Part shown: positions 1-9,458 of the stretch, piece after piece | Numbering within the stretch: the first letter of the stretch is position 1 | How the letters are laid out: every line of letters starts with the position of its first letter | DNA from: a bacterium | Lineage (GTDB): Bacteria; UBA8248 | Length of the DNA: 64,000 bases | Assembly: GCA_965200245.1 (NCBI GenBank) | Contig: CBDATS010000004.1 | Span: 672,001 to 736,000 of the forward strand | Direction: 5' to 3' | The notes under the pieces: generated by a model | Database searches by the model: none | What the model saw: only the letters and a program-made list of their open reading frames with translations | Told to the model about the DNA's origin: nothing | Translations under genes and position numbers: made by a program

Positions 1-36
1 ACTGCGCAATCCCGCTATCTCTGAAAAACAGAATCG

Positions 37-666
37 TCATACCCCTATTGCAATCTTCGGTTCTATGGGAATTATATTGTAATCCCTCGATTCAAAGGGG
101 TTCTCGTGATTCGGTTTCCTGGGCCTCCGCATCGGCTTGGGCCGTCCGTTCTTGTAGTACTCTTTCCGGAAGGCGTCGAAATGGCCCGGTTCGTGGGCAT
201 CCTCCACTTCCTTCATCCGCATGTTGAGTTCCATCGTCCAGGCCATGACATGGTTGGGCACCTGTTCGCCGGGTTCCAGGAAGTGGTTGTATGGGTCATC
301 CGGATTATAGGACTTGACTTCATATATCCCCCAGGCAGTTCCGCCCCAATCCGCTTTCCTGTATACGTCGAGTGCCTCGATCTGGCGTTGCATCCGCAGG
401 GTGCTGGCCATCTCCGGAACTATACGAACCATGCCCCTGTAGTTCATTCCGCCCTCGTGCCTGTGGTAAATCACCAAGAGGCCCTTCATGAGGAAGTCGC
501 GCGATTCCAGATCTTCCTCGCCTTCATAGATGTATGTGTCTTCTATGGATTCTTCCATGAGGAATCGAAGCTTGAATTCCCCTCTTTTCCACTTTTCAAA
601 TTTTTCGGCTTCCGGCCACGATTCGGGTACATAGAACGCTTGGTCATCGTATATGTGGATCTTCAC
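37..666 (-). CDS. hypothetical protein (209 aa), last gene of the small-ORF cluster
   Basis: Open frame with AGGAG RBS upstream of a GTG start; no family recognised. Confidence 0.7.
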   Translation of the reverse strand: MKIHIYDDQAFYVPESWPEAEKFEKWKRGEFKLRFLMEESIEDTYIYEGEEDLESRDFLMKGLLVIYHRHEGGMNYRGMVRIVPEMASTLRMQRQIEALDVYRKADWGGTAWGIYEVKSYNPDDPYNHFLEPGEQVPNHVMAWTMELNMRMKEVEDAHEPGHFDAFRKEYYKNGRPKPMRRPRKPNHENPFESRDYNIIPIEPKIAIGV

Positions 667-714
667 GGCAGTCTGCTCCTTTTCTCGAGTTCGCGGAGTC
701 TATCGTCCGCGATA

Positions 715-1194
715 TCACCTCGATGATTCCTGCCATGTGATGAAGTCGGCGTAAACTCCCACTGCTTCATTCTGGTTTTTCTTCCACGCCTTTCCTTTTT
801 TCTTCTTTGTCCGGTTTCTTCGCGTGGTCGTTTTTCCCTGTTGCGCCTTCGCAAAGAGGGTAGCATGGTCCGACAGACGATGAAGGAACAATGTATTTCC
901 TTCGATTTCATACATAAGAAGAAGATTATCGCCCGGAACCGGAACATGGGCGTCGTAGAGGCCCCTCTGGTTTCCGCGTGTTATTGTGTGGTTCTTGTAG
1001 ATGGAATCCGTGAGCGGCTTTCCGGTAAACACTATAATGTCAATCATTGTCGAAACTTCTTCTTCTACATCGTCATTAACCTTTTTCAGATCTTCCTCGA
1101 ATTCATCCGAATAGATGCGAGTCAGTTTTTCATTCGGAGGGACTTTTTCCTTCCCTTCCTGGCCCCTTCCCCTTTCAAACAGATATTCTAACAT
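715..1194 (-). CDS. YafQ/RelE-family mRNA interferase toxin with basic C-terminal extension
   Basis: YSDEFEEDLKK...KPL...YKNH...LYDAHV...LLLMYEIEGNTLFLHRLSDHATLF follows the YafQ pattern; start overlaps the stop of 1188..1370. Confidence 0.75.
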   Translation of the reverse strand: MLEYLFERGRGQEGKEKVPPNEKLTRIYSDEFEEDLKKVNDDVEEEVSTMIDIIVFTGKPLTDSIYKNHTITRGNQRGLYDAHVPVPGDNLLLMYEIEGNTLFLHRLSDHATLFAKAQQGKTTTRRNRTKKKKGKAWKKNQNEAVGVYADFITWQESSR

Positions 1195-1370
1195 CCCAAT
1201 CTATCCAGAGCTTTTCTCAGAATCTTGTCCTTGTCCAGATCCGGGAACACTTTATCCATAAAATCATCCCGCGACTTGGCCCTGTTCATCTTCAGCCCCT
1301 CCCACGGATACTTTCCAGTTTCACGCTTTATTCTTTCGTAAAGCAGGTCCCGTTCTTCCCTTTCGTTCAT
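1188..1370 (-). CDS. small protein family A, probable cognate antitoxin of the YafQ-like toxin
   Basis: Coupled to the toxin; paralog of 2012..2200 (ERE.RDL..ER.KRETGKYPWEG). Confidence 0.65.
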   Translation of the reverse strand: MNEREERDLLYERIKRETGKYPWEGLKMNRAKSRDDFMDKVFPDLDKDKILRKALDRLGC

Positions 1371-1448
1371 GGCTGTTTCCTTTTCTCTATTTAGGCCACC
1401 AGATCCCGGTAGGTAATCCTTCCTTCCCGCCTTATCTTGGATTTAAGG

Positions 1449-1625
1449 TCATTTTCTGAATTCACTGTAATCAGTGTGATGTGCCTTTTCCATTTCATCC
1501 CATGGCAGGGGGTTTGAATACTTCAGATTCTTCCATGGATGATCGTGGATTTTCGCTCTTCCGACTTTCTTATAGAGGAGTAGCGATGTCCTCGGATCCT
1601 TGCGTTCAAGGTTCTTTCTGTTCAT
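1449..1625 (-). CDS. small protein, possible diverged family A member
   Basis: HPWKNLK resembles YPWEGLK; overlaps the end of 1606..1788. Confidence 0.5.
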   Translation of the reverse strand: MNRKNLERKDPRTSLLLYKKVGRAKIHDHPWKNLKYSNPLPWDEMEKAHHTDYSEFRK

Positions 1626-1788
1626 GGTGTCCGCCATCTATTATTCGCGATCTTTCCACCGCGTCCCTTGCTTCGGCCATGAAATCATCGTCCCTGTATT
1701 CAGCGACTGCCTTCAAGTACAGTTCCCTGTCCTTTTCAGTTTTCAGGAAATCGGCAGTATCGTATCTATAGGTTTTTGTTCTGGCCAT
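1606..1788 (-). CDS. small protein family B, resembles N-terminal half of HI1420-type addiction antidote (no HTH)
   Basis: YDTADFLKTEKDRELYLKAVAEYRDDDFMAEARDAVERSR resembles the (F/Y)D.A.YL..EE....YL...A...AL..IARAR pattern. Confidence 0.65.
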   Translation of the reverse strand: MARTKTYRYDTADFLKTEKDRELYLKAVAEYRDDDFMAEARDAVERSRIIDGGHHEQKEP

Positions 1789-1791
1789 TGT

Positions 1792-1977
1792 TTATCTCTC
1801 CAGCTGCATCTTCGGTCCATTCCCATACATTAGCCGCGATCTTTCGATATCTTCCAGTGCTTCATCGACCAGTTTCCGATTACCGAACTTTTCAACTGCT
1901 TCCAGGTAAAGTCTCCTGTCCTCTTCATCCTCCAAAAATTCGGCAGAATCGTATGGTTTGACTTTTACTTCAGGCAT
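1792..1977 (-). CDS. small protein family B, paralog of 1606..1788
   Basis: KPYDSAEFLEDEEDRRLYLEAVEKFGNRKLVDEALEDIERSR. Confidence 0.65.
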   Translation of the reverse strand: MPEVKVKPYDSAEFLEDEEDRRLYLEAVEKFGNRKLVDEALEDIERSRLMYGNGPKMQLER

Positions 1978-2011
1978 TTCTGGCCCCTTCCCCTTTCAAT
2001 CAGATACCATG

Positions 2012-2200
2012 TCATCGGAGTCTATCCCATATTTCATCTATAATTTCGTCTACATCCAAACGGGGATGTCTTTTCTTTGCTTTATCCAGATATTCTTCAA
2101 ACGACATGGCCCTGCCGAACTTCTGGCCCTCCCACGGATACTTTCCGGTTTCGCGCTTCACCCTTTCATGGATCAGGTCTCTTTTTTCTCGTTCATGCAT
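2012..2200 (-). CDS. small protein family A, paralog of 1188..1370
   Basis: Protein similarity and DNA repeat (ccctcccacggatactttcc at ~1298 and ~2128). Confidence 0.65.
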   Translation of the reverse strand: MHEREKRDLIHERVKRETGKYPWEGQKFGRAMSFEEYLDKAKKRHPRLDVDEIIDEIWDRLR

Positions 2201-2744
2201 GATAGTAATCGCCTTGTATCTTGTGGATTTCGGTGGGACTTTCCTCGCGCATTGATTTCGCCCGGGTGTTTACCGGAAGGGCCATGCAGGCATCGCTGTC
2301 TTGAGAAGAAACCCGATCAATGTCCGCCCTCCGACCATAGTCCCTCAAGTACCTTCGCATCATTCCTTCCAGATCCCGCAGCCGCTGCGCTGTCCGGTCG
2401 TATAATGCGTTCCCTGCCGTCAGGCTCTTCTCCCGCAGGGTCTGCCGGAAACCGCGCCACTGGCGGGCGGACATCTCTTCGGGGTCTGCGTGCTCTACGG
2501 TCATGCGGGGTTGCCGGCCCTTGCTGCACAGGAGATTGCGGATATCCTTCGTCAGGTTTTTTTCTATCCCGAGTTCCGTGCGATTCTTTCTCTCGTCCAG
2601 CCACTCGACCAGTTCGGATGCTTCCCCGTCATCGTGATGAAAGTGATTCGCGGCGTTTGCGAGGGAGAACAGAATCAGGTGTCTTTCATAATCGGTCAGC
2701 ACGACTCCCTCCTGATGAAACCCCGAAAAGTCGGGGCGATACAC
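2193..2744 (-). CDS. hypothetical protein, possibly a truncated N-terminal domain
   Basis: Open frame overlapping the start of 2012..2200; RBS suggests a start near 2703. Confidence 0.5.
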   Translation of the reverse strand: MYRPDFSGFHQEGVVLTDYERHLILFSLANAANHFHHDDGEASELVEWLDERKNRTELGIEKNLTKDIRNLLCSKGRQPRMTVEHADPEEMSARQWRGFRQTLREKSLTAGNALYDRTAQRLRDLEGMMRRYLRDYGRRADIDRVSSQDSDACMALPVNTRAKSMREESPTEIHKIQGDYYHA

Positions 2745-3020
2745 GTTGCGTTGCAGGGAACCTACGGCACCCGTGCGTCAGATTCGGACGTATGGGCCAA
2801 GAAAATCACAAAAAAATCATCCTGATGTTTCTGACAGGATGGATTTGAAGGAGGTCACGGGATCGCCCGATTGGATTGTTCAGGAAAAATCCCGTGTCTT
2901 GAGGGATACGGTTGACCATGCAGACCGGGGTTCGCCTGCTCTTCACAAGACGCAAGAGACCATCGACAGGGGACGTTTCGGTTGGTCCGCAGTCCGAATC
3001 AGCGAATATATGGCAGTGCA

Positions 3021-3389
3021 TCACCAGCGGGCCATGCGAGGCCGAGTGCAGGGTGGCCGGGTTGCATGGTCGCCTGAGGCATTGAATCGCAGGGACTCCG
3101 GGTGCGCCGGGGGGCCATGGATGAATTGCTGGATGTTGACCAGGAATGGATGGGTGACCACCGCGGGCAGGAGCAGAACCCCTATTACTCGTATTCGTTG
3201 TTCTTCTCTCCCTGGGTGATCCGGTGCCTGATGTATACGTGCTCGTTGCCGTCGCAGTGATTGTTCATGGAACAGATACAACGCTTCATCGACGACCTGT
3301 TCGTCGGCTACATCGATGGGGATAACCGGTTTCCCGAGCCTTCTCAGGCAATGATCCCTGAATTCTTCCCTCGTGGCTGGTATAGCCAT
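3021..3389 (-). pseudogene. decayed T4-like phage neck protein gp13
   Basis: AGGAG RBS, then MAIPATREEFRDHCLRRLGKPVIPIDVADEQV.DEALYLFHE; shifted frame HCDGNEHVYIRHRITQ; then VIGV..P and LRFN, collinear with the gp13 N-terminus. Confidence 0.7.
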
Positions 3390-3438
3390 CCCGATCTCCT
3401 GAACAAGAGGAACGATGTTATTATTCAGGAAGAAAAAC

Positions 3439-3732
3439 ATGGACATCAGGGACAGGGCCGACAGCATCACGGAGATGTCGATAGATATCGGCGAGACCTG
3501 TCGACTTCCTCCCGGAACCGACGCCGGCCAGATCGTCGGGATTGCCTCGAACATCGCCACGAAGTGCGCAGGGGACATGATACAGTTCCTGGGCACCGAC
3601 GCGAGAGAGACGGCCAGGACGATTCGCGAGGAGAACGACAGGATGGCCAGACTCAACGCAGGCATCGATCCCGGGTTCGCGGTACGGATAGACGAACTGC
3701 ACGACGGGATCGAGTATTTCCTCGAGGAGTAG
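3439..3732 (+). CDS. hypothetical protein
   Basis: Open frame followed by hairpin cccctctagggg. Confidence 0.55.
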   Translation: MDIRDRADSITEMSIDIGETCRLPPGTDAGQIVGIASNIATKCAGDMIQFLGTDARETARTIREENDRMARLNAGIDPGFAVRIDELHDGIEYFLEE

Positions 3733-4062
3733 CCCCTCTAGGGGGTTTCGCGAAATGCATCTTATGTGCCGGGAATTAAAGCATGGCAAGTTACAAGGCA
3801 GACATGATCAGTCAACCTGACCACGGGCCGATGCATTTTCAGGGAATAGGTTTCCGGCCAGATATCATTCCCTTGAAATGGGCATTATCTTCTTGAATCT
3901 GCGATAAAATTTCATGTGCTTTCCTGAACTCTGAATTCATTTCCTTTCTGATGTTCCTGAGTTGTGAATTTATGTCTTAAATATTTTTGTCAACACGATG
4001 AATCTCTGCGTTACTGGCTGACGCAGCAAGATCGGTAACGAGGGCATGCACGAGACTGCAAA

Positions 4063-4692
4063 ATGAAACGACTATTCCCTGACCTTAATCAACTATCTGC
4101 TGAGTGGATAATGAAGTGGGCATTATCCCTCGTGAGCGTAGCAGTAATTGTCTGGGTTATGTTCCCGACCTGGTTGACTGCTGGAGAGTCAGCCAGCACT
4201 ACCCTTCGCAATATCAGCCTCCTCCTCGCGGCCGCCATCGGTCTCCCGCTCGCAATTTGGCGTAGCGCTATTGCTCAGAGGCAAGCCGAAGCGGCACACA
4301 AGCAGTTTGACGTGGCCGCGCAGAATCTATCGAACGAACAATTCAAGAATGGGGTAGAGTTTTTGGCGCATAAATCCATGCCGATCCGTTTAGGTGGTGT
4401 TTTGCTTTTGGGAGATACGGCGGAACGAGAACCTGAACTCTACCATATTCGCGTTATGCAAATATTTGTTGCGTTCTTGTCGTATCCGCCTCGATATACA
4501 ACAACCGAAGGAAAGGTCACGGATCAAATTGATTTTAAGAGTGCGGATACGCTCCAAATAATCAAGGCGATTAACGAAAGAACGGAACAGCAAAAGAAAA
4601 TTGAAACACAAGAGAATTTTGATCTCGAACAAAAACTGGAAGGAGTTCCCGATGTTGATGCGAGACTCAGTGTCCGCGATGGGCATCAATGA
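4063..4692 (+). CDS. membrane protein resembling the N-terminal part of pentapeptide-repeat proteins, probably truncated
   Basis: Two TM helices; LAIWRS..AQRQA...F..GVE.L......IRLGG motif; no pentapeptide repeats follow. Confidence 0.55.
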   Translation: MKRLFPDLNQLSAEWIMKWALSLVSVAVIVWVMFPTWLTAGESASTTLRNISLLLAAAIGLPLAIWRSAIAQRQAEAAHKQFDVAAQNLSNEQFKNGVEFLAHKSMPIRLGGVLLLGDTAEREPELYHIRVMQIFVAFLSYPPRYTTTEGKVTDQIDFKSADTLQIIKAINERTEQQKKIETQENFDLEQKLEGVPDVDARLSVRDGHQ

Positions 4693-4879
4693 GATAGAAA
4701 TGGAAGCCAATCTATTCGCCGCGGAATTGCTGATGCCCGCTGTACTTATCAATCAGGAACTTGAGAGCAACGTCTTTGATATCGATGAAGAGGCAGCCAT
4801 CGACGCGTTGGCAAGGCGCTTCAAGGTGAGCCAGTCAGCCATGCCTTTCCGGCTTGGAAACCTCTTGACCTGGAATTGA
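4640..4879 (+). pseudogene. C-terminal fragment of ImmA/IrrE metallopeptidase
   Basis: EMEANLFAAELLMP...LARRFKVSQSAM; the HExxH part is missing. Confidence 0.75.
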
Positions 4880-4893
4880 TCCGAGTACCAGTT

Positions 4894-6300
4894 ATGGGGT
4901 TTGTCTTTTACGATACAGAGACGACCGGAACGAATACGTCTTTCGATCAAATTCTTCAGTTCGCTGCCATCAAGACCGATTATGAACTTAATGAACTGGA
5001 ACGATTCGAGATTCGTTGCCGTCTATTGCCCGATGTTGTCCCCTCGCCTGGCGCAATTCTGATTACAGGAGTTGGTCCTTCCCGATTCACGGACTCTGGG
5101 TTGCCTGGTCATTACGAGATGGTCCGCGCCATCAAGGCCAAGCTTGACGAATGGACACCCGCAGTCTTTCTTGGCCACAATTCACTGTCATTTGATGAAC
5201 ACTTGCTGCGGCAGGCGTTCTACAAGACGCTTCATGCACCGTATCTGACCAATACCAACAGCAATTGTCGGACTGACAGCCTGCGCATTGTCCAGTGCAT
5301 GGCTTTATACGCGCCGGGGATAGTGAACGTACCTATTGACGATAATTGGCAGTCGACCTATAAGCTCGATCGGTTGGCTCGTGCCAATGGCTTCAATCAC
5401 AGCACTGCGCATGATGCGATGGGTGATGCCGAGAAAACGGTTCATCTTTGCCGGTTGCTGGCCGAGCGCGCTGACGGTTACTGGTCGGGCTTTGTCCGGT
5501 TCGCTCAAAAATCGGCAGTTCTGGACTTCGTGCAGGAGGAGGAGTTCTTTTGCCTCACAGACGCCTATTTCGGGAAAACCTATACCTGGATGGTTTGCCA
5601 AATCGGTGAAAATCCAGACTATGCAGCCGAGCAACTGGTTTTTAACCTCGCCATCGATCCAGAAGAGTTGACTTCTCTTGATGACGATGCCCTGGCTGTC
5701 CGTCTTATGGAGCGACCCAAACCGGTGCGAGCTCTTCGCGCCAATGCTTCCCCGGCGTTACTGGCCTACGAAGATATCCCGTCACATCTACGCGCAGCCA
5801 CTCCCGGGGAAAATGTGCTCAGAGGACGTGCGTCCCTGATCAGGGGCGACGGGCACTTTGCACGACGATTGGTGAATTCTTTCCTGTCGACTCGCCAGGA
5901 ACGTACGCCATCCGTTTACGTCGAAAAGCAGATCTACGATTCATTTGCCAGCTGTGCAGATCAGGAGCTTATGGAACGTTTTCACACGATGGACTGGAAG
6001 GATCGGCCCAGGCTGCTTGAATCTCTTTCGGATCCACGAGCAAGAATTCTCGGAGAGAGACTGCTTCACATTGAAGCTCCCGCGGTTCTTTCTGGCGATG
6101 TGCGCAAGAACCTTGACATCGCTGCTGCGAGGCGCCTTATGGGAACAGACGGTTCAGCGCCATGGCTTACCTTGCCGGGAGCCCTCCTGGACACACGCGA
6201 TTGGCTTGTGGGTGCTTCTGGCGCCGCCGCTGTATTGCTTCGTGAACTAGAGGCTTATCTTGTCGAACGGTCCAATGAGGCCAGAACATTGATTGCCTAA
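4894..6300 (+). CDS. sbcB: exodeoxyribonuclease I
   Basis: FYDTETTG, DQILQFAAIKTD, GHNSLSFDE, HDAMGD, VEKQIYDSF motifs; ~470 aa. Confidence 0.9.
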   Translation: MGFVFYDTETTGTNTSFDQILQFAAIKTDYELNELERFEIRCRLLPDVVPSPGAILITGVGPSRFTDSGLPGHYEMVRAIKAKLDEWTPAVFLGHNSLSFDEHLLRQAFYKTLHAPYLTNTNSNCRTDSLRIVQCMALYAPGIVNVPIDDNWQSTYKLDRLARANGFNHSTAHDAMGDAEKTVHLCRLLAERADGYWSGFVRFAQKSAVLDFVQEEEFFCLTDAYFGKTYTWMVCQIGENPDYAAEQLVFNLAIDPEELTSLDDDALAVRLMERPKPVRALRANASPALLAYEDIPSHLRAATPGENVLRGRASLIRGDGHFARRLVNSFLSTRQERTPSVYVEKQIYDSFASCADQELMERFHTMDWKDRPRLLESLSDPRARILGERLLHIEAPAVLSGDVRKNLDIAAARRLMGTDGSAPWLTLPGALLDTRDWLVGASGAAAVLLRELEAYLVERSNEARTLIA

Positions 6301-6506
6301 CAGGACGCACTTATTCAGAAGCACGATTCTTTCTCGTTCCTCGGTCAATTTCCAGTCAAGAACAAGCATTTGGCGAACCGAAATATCATGGTGACCGACT
6401 AGCCATTGATGGAACGCATGTGCAGGCTACTGCCAATACGCAAATTGCCCGGACAAAAAGACTTGAAAACCATACGGCCTTGCCTTATATTCGTTCCCTG
6501 AAAGGG

Positions 6507-7103
6507 ATGAATATGCCTGTCACAGCCGATTTGACGATTCGGGAAACCGCTGCCCTCGCGGGAGTATCCCGGACAACGATCGAAAAAGCCCTGGAAGCCC
6601 GTATCCTGAAGGTTCTCACCGGACCGGCCCGTCTTCGTGGTGGCGCGATGCGCTATCTCCCGGTCCGGGCCGTGGTCTATTTCCATGCCCTGAAGGCAGC
6701 CAACCTTACGGACCTTCCTTTACGTCACAAACGGGCAATCTGGACCGATATGGTCCGGCTTGAGCCCATGCAGCTTGATACAATCGAATTCACTCCCGGC
6801 ACCATGCTCGATCTCGAGCGTCTCGCGGCGGATTCCCTGCGGAATGCCGAGCGATACCGGATAGCCCGTGATCGATACATCACATCAGACGGGGACATCC
6901 TCGGCGGCACACCGGTCATCGCCGGAACCCGGTTGACCGTTTACGCGATTCTCGGGCGGCTGCAGGATGGAGACAGTATCGATGATCTTCTGGAAGACTA
7001 CCGCGAGATTCCGCGCGAAGCGTTCGGGGCCGCCGAGATCTACGCCAAATCCCATCCTCTCAGGGGACGCCCGTCCGGCAGACCCTGGCGAAACACAGCC
7101 TGA
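6507..7103 (+). CDS. DUF433-domain antitoxin with N-terminal HTH
   Basis: DILGGTPVIAGTRLTV..IL..L..G.SIDDLLEDY. Confidence 0.85.
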   Translation: MNMPVTADLTIRETAALAGVSRTTIEKALEARILKVLTGPARLRGGAMRYLPVRAVVYFHALKAANLTDLPLRHKRAIWTDMVRLEPMQLDTIEFTPGTMLDLERLAADSLRNAERYRIARDRYITSDGDILGGTPVIAGTRLTVYAILGRLQDGDSIDDLLEDYREIPREAFGAAEIYAKSHPLRGRPSGRPWRNTA

Positions 7104-7120
7104 TTGACGGTTGCGGCAAG

Positions 7121-7446
7121 ATGATGCGGTTGTTTCTTGATGAGTGTCTGTCCTCAAAACTGCCCGGTCTCTAAACGCCGAGGGGATTCATGTTGCCCTG
7201 CATCCACGCGATTTCGGTGGGCTGGGTGCACCGGATCACCACGTATTGGCCAGATGCGTCGAGCAGGATATTGTACTCGTGACGGTCAATGCGCTCGATT
7301 TCCGAGCCCTCGTCGCCGCATGGGACGTGCATCCCGGCCTCGTCATCCTCCCGAGCGTGAGCCGGGAACGTTCGGAGTCACTGCTACGTGATGCGATCAC
7401 TTTCCTTTCAGGACACGGCGCCCCGATGGCTCTTTCGAGCGGATAG
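7121..7446 (+). pseudogene. DUF5615 PIN-like toxin, frameshifted
   Basis: MMRLFLDECLS, then a shift near the A-run at ~7157 into ...GAPDHHVL...VLVTVNALDF...HPGLVIL. Confidence 0.75.
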
Positions 7447-7780
7447 CTAGAATTTATCAAAAATGATTTTGAGTGCTCCAATTGCCAAAGTGAAACTTCG
7501 AGAAGCAACGCGCCGCTCAAGTCTGGGAGCTCATTCTCGATCAGATCGTCACCTGTGAAGGCCCAAGGGACATTTCAGCGCTGGAAGAAATCAGGTATCG
7601 CGTTAACAGAGCTAGCCTGCCATAGAATGACCATTATATCAGCCATTAATAGTTTTGATGACTATTATTCTATCCTTTTTTCTTGACAGTCCTGAATTTA
7701 TTTGCCAGAAATGACTATATTATCAGGCTCTATATAGCCTAATGACCATTATTCCAGTCTCTTCGTGTCAGGTGTGAAAA

Positions 7781-8113
7781 ATGGCAAAGCAACGAACCTA
7801 CTCCAAATACGCCCGGGAAGCCACTGTGCTTATGGGGGAACAGATCAAACTCGGACGCAAACAACGCCAGTGGTCAGAAAAAAATCTGGCGGAGCGGGCC
7901 GGTATCTCCAGAGCCACGCTGCAAAAAATTGAGAAAGGAGAAATGGGCTGCTCCGTTGGCCTGGTCTTTGAGGTCGCAACGCTTGTTGGTATCAAGCTGT
8001 TTGAATCCGACAATATGCGGCTCTCCAAACATATCGAGCACACGAGAGACAAAATTGCGCTGCTGCCGCAACGTATGAAAGTAACCGAAAAGACGGTACG
8101 GGATGATTTCTAA
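7781..8113 (+). CDS. XRE-family HTH antitoxin (HipB-like)
   Basis: LAERAGISRATLQKIEKG HTH; overlaps hipA. Confidence 0.85.
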   Translation: MAKQRTYSKYAREATVLMGEQIKLGRKQRQWSEKNLAERAGISRATLQKIEKGEMGCSVGLVFEVATLVGIKLFESDNMRLSKHIEHTRDKIALLPQRMKVTEKTVRDDF

Positions 8114-9362
8114 CAGCGACAGGGAAGCCTTCGTCTGGATTTGGCTGCCGGACGAAACCACGCCAGTGGTCGCCGGACGGCTGGAAGCGGACAACGGTAA
8201 TGTTCTGTTCAACTACGGCAAGAGCTACCTGGAGCGCATTAACGATCATCCCCCTGCGATTCCGATTTACGAACCTGAGGTGCCGTTGCAGGCCGGAGTT
8301 TTACCGCTGCCGGAAGGATTAACCATGCCCGGCAGTATTCGGGACGCTGCCCCCGATGCGTGGGGTCGGCGTGTGATTATCAACAAGATGCTGGGACTCA
8401 AAGGTGCTGACACGGATACAGCCGAGCTGGGCGAACTGACCTGCTTGCTGGAGTCCGGTTCCGACCGGATTGGTGCACTCGATTTTCAGCGTTCACCGAC
8501 CGAGTATGTGCCGCGTGCCGCCAGCAACGTCAGCATGGAAGAACTGATTGAATCCGCTGAACGTGTCGAGAAAGGCGTCCTGCTCACGCCTGAACTGGAT
8601 CAGGCTTTGTTCCACGGCAGTTCCATCGGCGGTGCGCGTCCAAAAGCCTTGATCCAGGATCAGGGCAAAAAATACGTTGCCAAGTTTTCATCCAGCACCG
8701 ACCTCTACAACGTGATCAAAGCTGAATTCATCGCCATGCGGCTGGCACATCTTGCCGGACTGAATGCAGCGTCAGTAAAACTGGTCAAGGCCGCTAACAA
8801 AGATGTACTGCTGATCGAACGCTTTGACCGCCAGCCAAAAGACGGGAGTTGGTCACGCCGGGCCATGGTCTCGGCACTGACATTGCTCGGGCTGGATGAG
8901 ATGATGGCGCGTTACGCCAGCTATGAAACGCTTGCAGAAACCATTCGCCACCGTTTCACAGATCCGAAGGATACGTTGAAAGAACTGTTTTCACGGCTGG
9001 CCTTCAACATTCTGTGCGGCAATACCGATGACCATGCCCGTAACCATGCCGCCTTCTGGAACGGCAAGGAACCGACTTTGACACCAGCCTACGATATCTG
9101 CCCACAGGGGCGCACAGACAACGAGGCGTCTCAGGCGATGCTGATATCAGGCAACAACAATATGAGCCAACTCAAATCCTGCCTCGAAGCGGCGAACCAT
9201 TTCCTGCTTTCGGAAGACGATGCCCGCGCTATCTTCGGCCACTTGACCGAATCCATCGAAAAGCAATGGGACTCAGTATGCGAGGAAGCCGAATTGAGCG
9301 AAGTGGACAGGAAATTTTTCTGGGGAAGGCAGTTTCTAAACCCTTATTCGACCGAGCAATAG
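8103..9362 (+). CDS. hipA: HipA-family kinase toxin
   Basis: APDAWG, SIGGARPKAL, IERFDR, GNTDDHARNH, LTPAYD. Confidence 0.92.
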   Translation: MISNSDREAFVWIWLPDETTPVVAGRLEADNGNVLFNYGKSYLERINDHPPAIPIYEPEVPLQAGVLPLPEGLTMPGSIRDAAPDAWGRRVIINKMLGLKGADTDTAELGELTCLLESGSDRIGALDFQRSPTEYVPRAASNVSMEELIESAERVEKGVLLTPELDQALFHGSSIGGARPKALIQDQGKKYVAKFSSSTDLYNVIKAEFIAMRLAHLAGLNAASVKLVKAANKDVLLIERFDRQPKDGSWSRRAMVSALTLLGLDEMMARYASYETLAETIRHRFTDPKDTLKELFSRLAFNILCGNTDDHARNHAAFWNGKEPTLTPAYDICPQGRTDNEASQAMLISGNNNMSQLKSCLEAANHFLLSEDDARAIFGHLTESIEKQWDSVCEEAELSEVDRKFFWGRQFLNPYSTEQ

Positions 9363-9458
9363 GTACCTGCTTTGAAAGGGCCCATTGATCCAAACGACAT
9401 TAAGGAAATTTCCGGGAAAAACCGTGACTCGGCCCTGAAGGTCGTAAAAATCCCAAAA

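Noticed and set aside
1295-2200. Direct DNA repeat as CRISPR or DGR template/variable repeat
   Set aside because: Only two copies, both within paralogous ORFs; differences are not adenine-specific; no cas or reverse transcriptase gene in the window
1958-2848. 296-aa plus-strand ORF
   Set aside because: Antisense to the coupled minus-strand genes; non-protein-like composition
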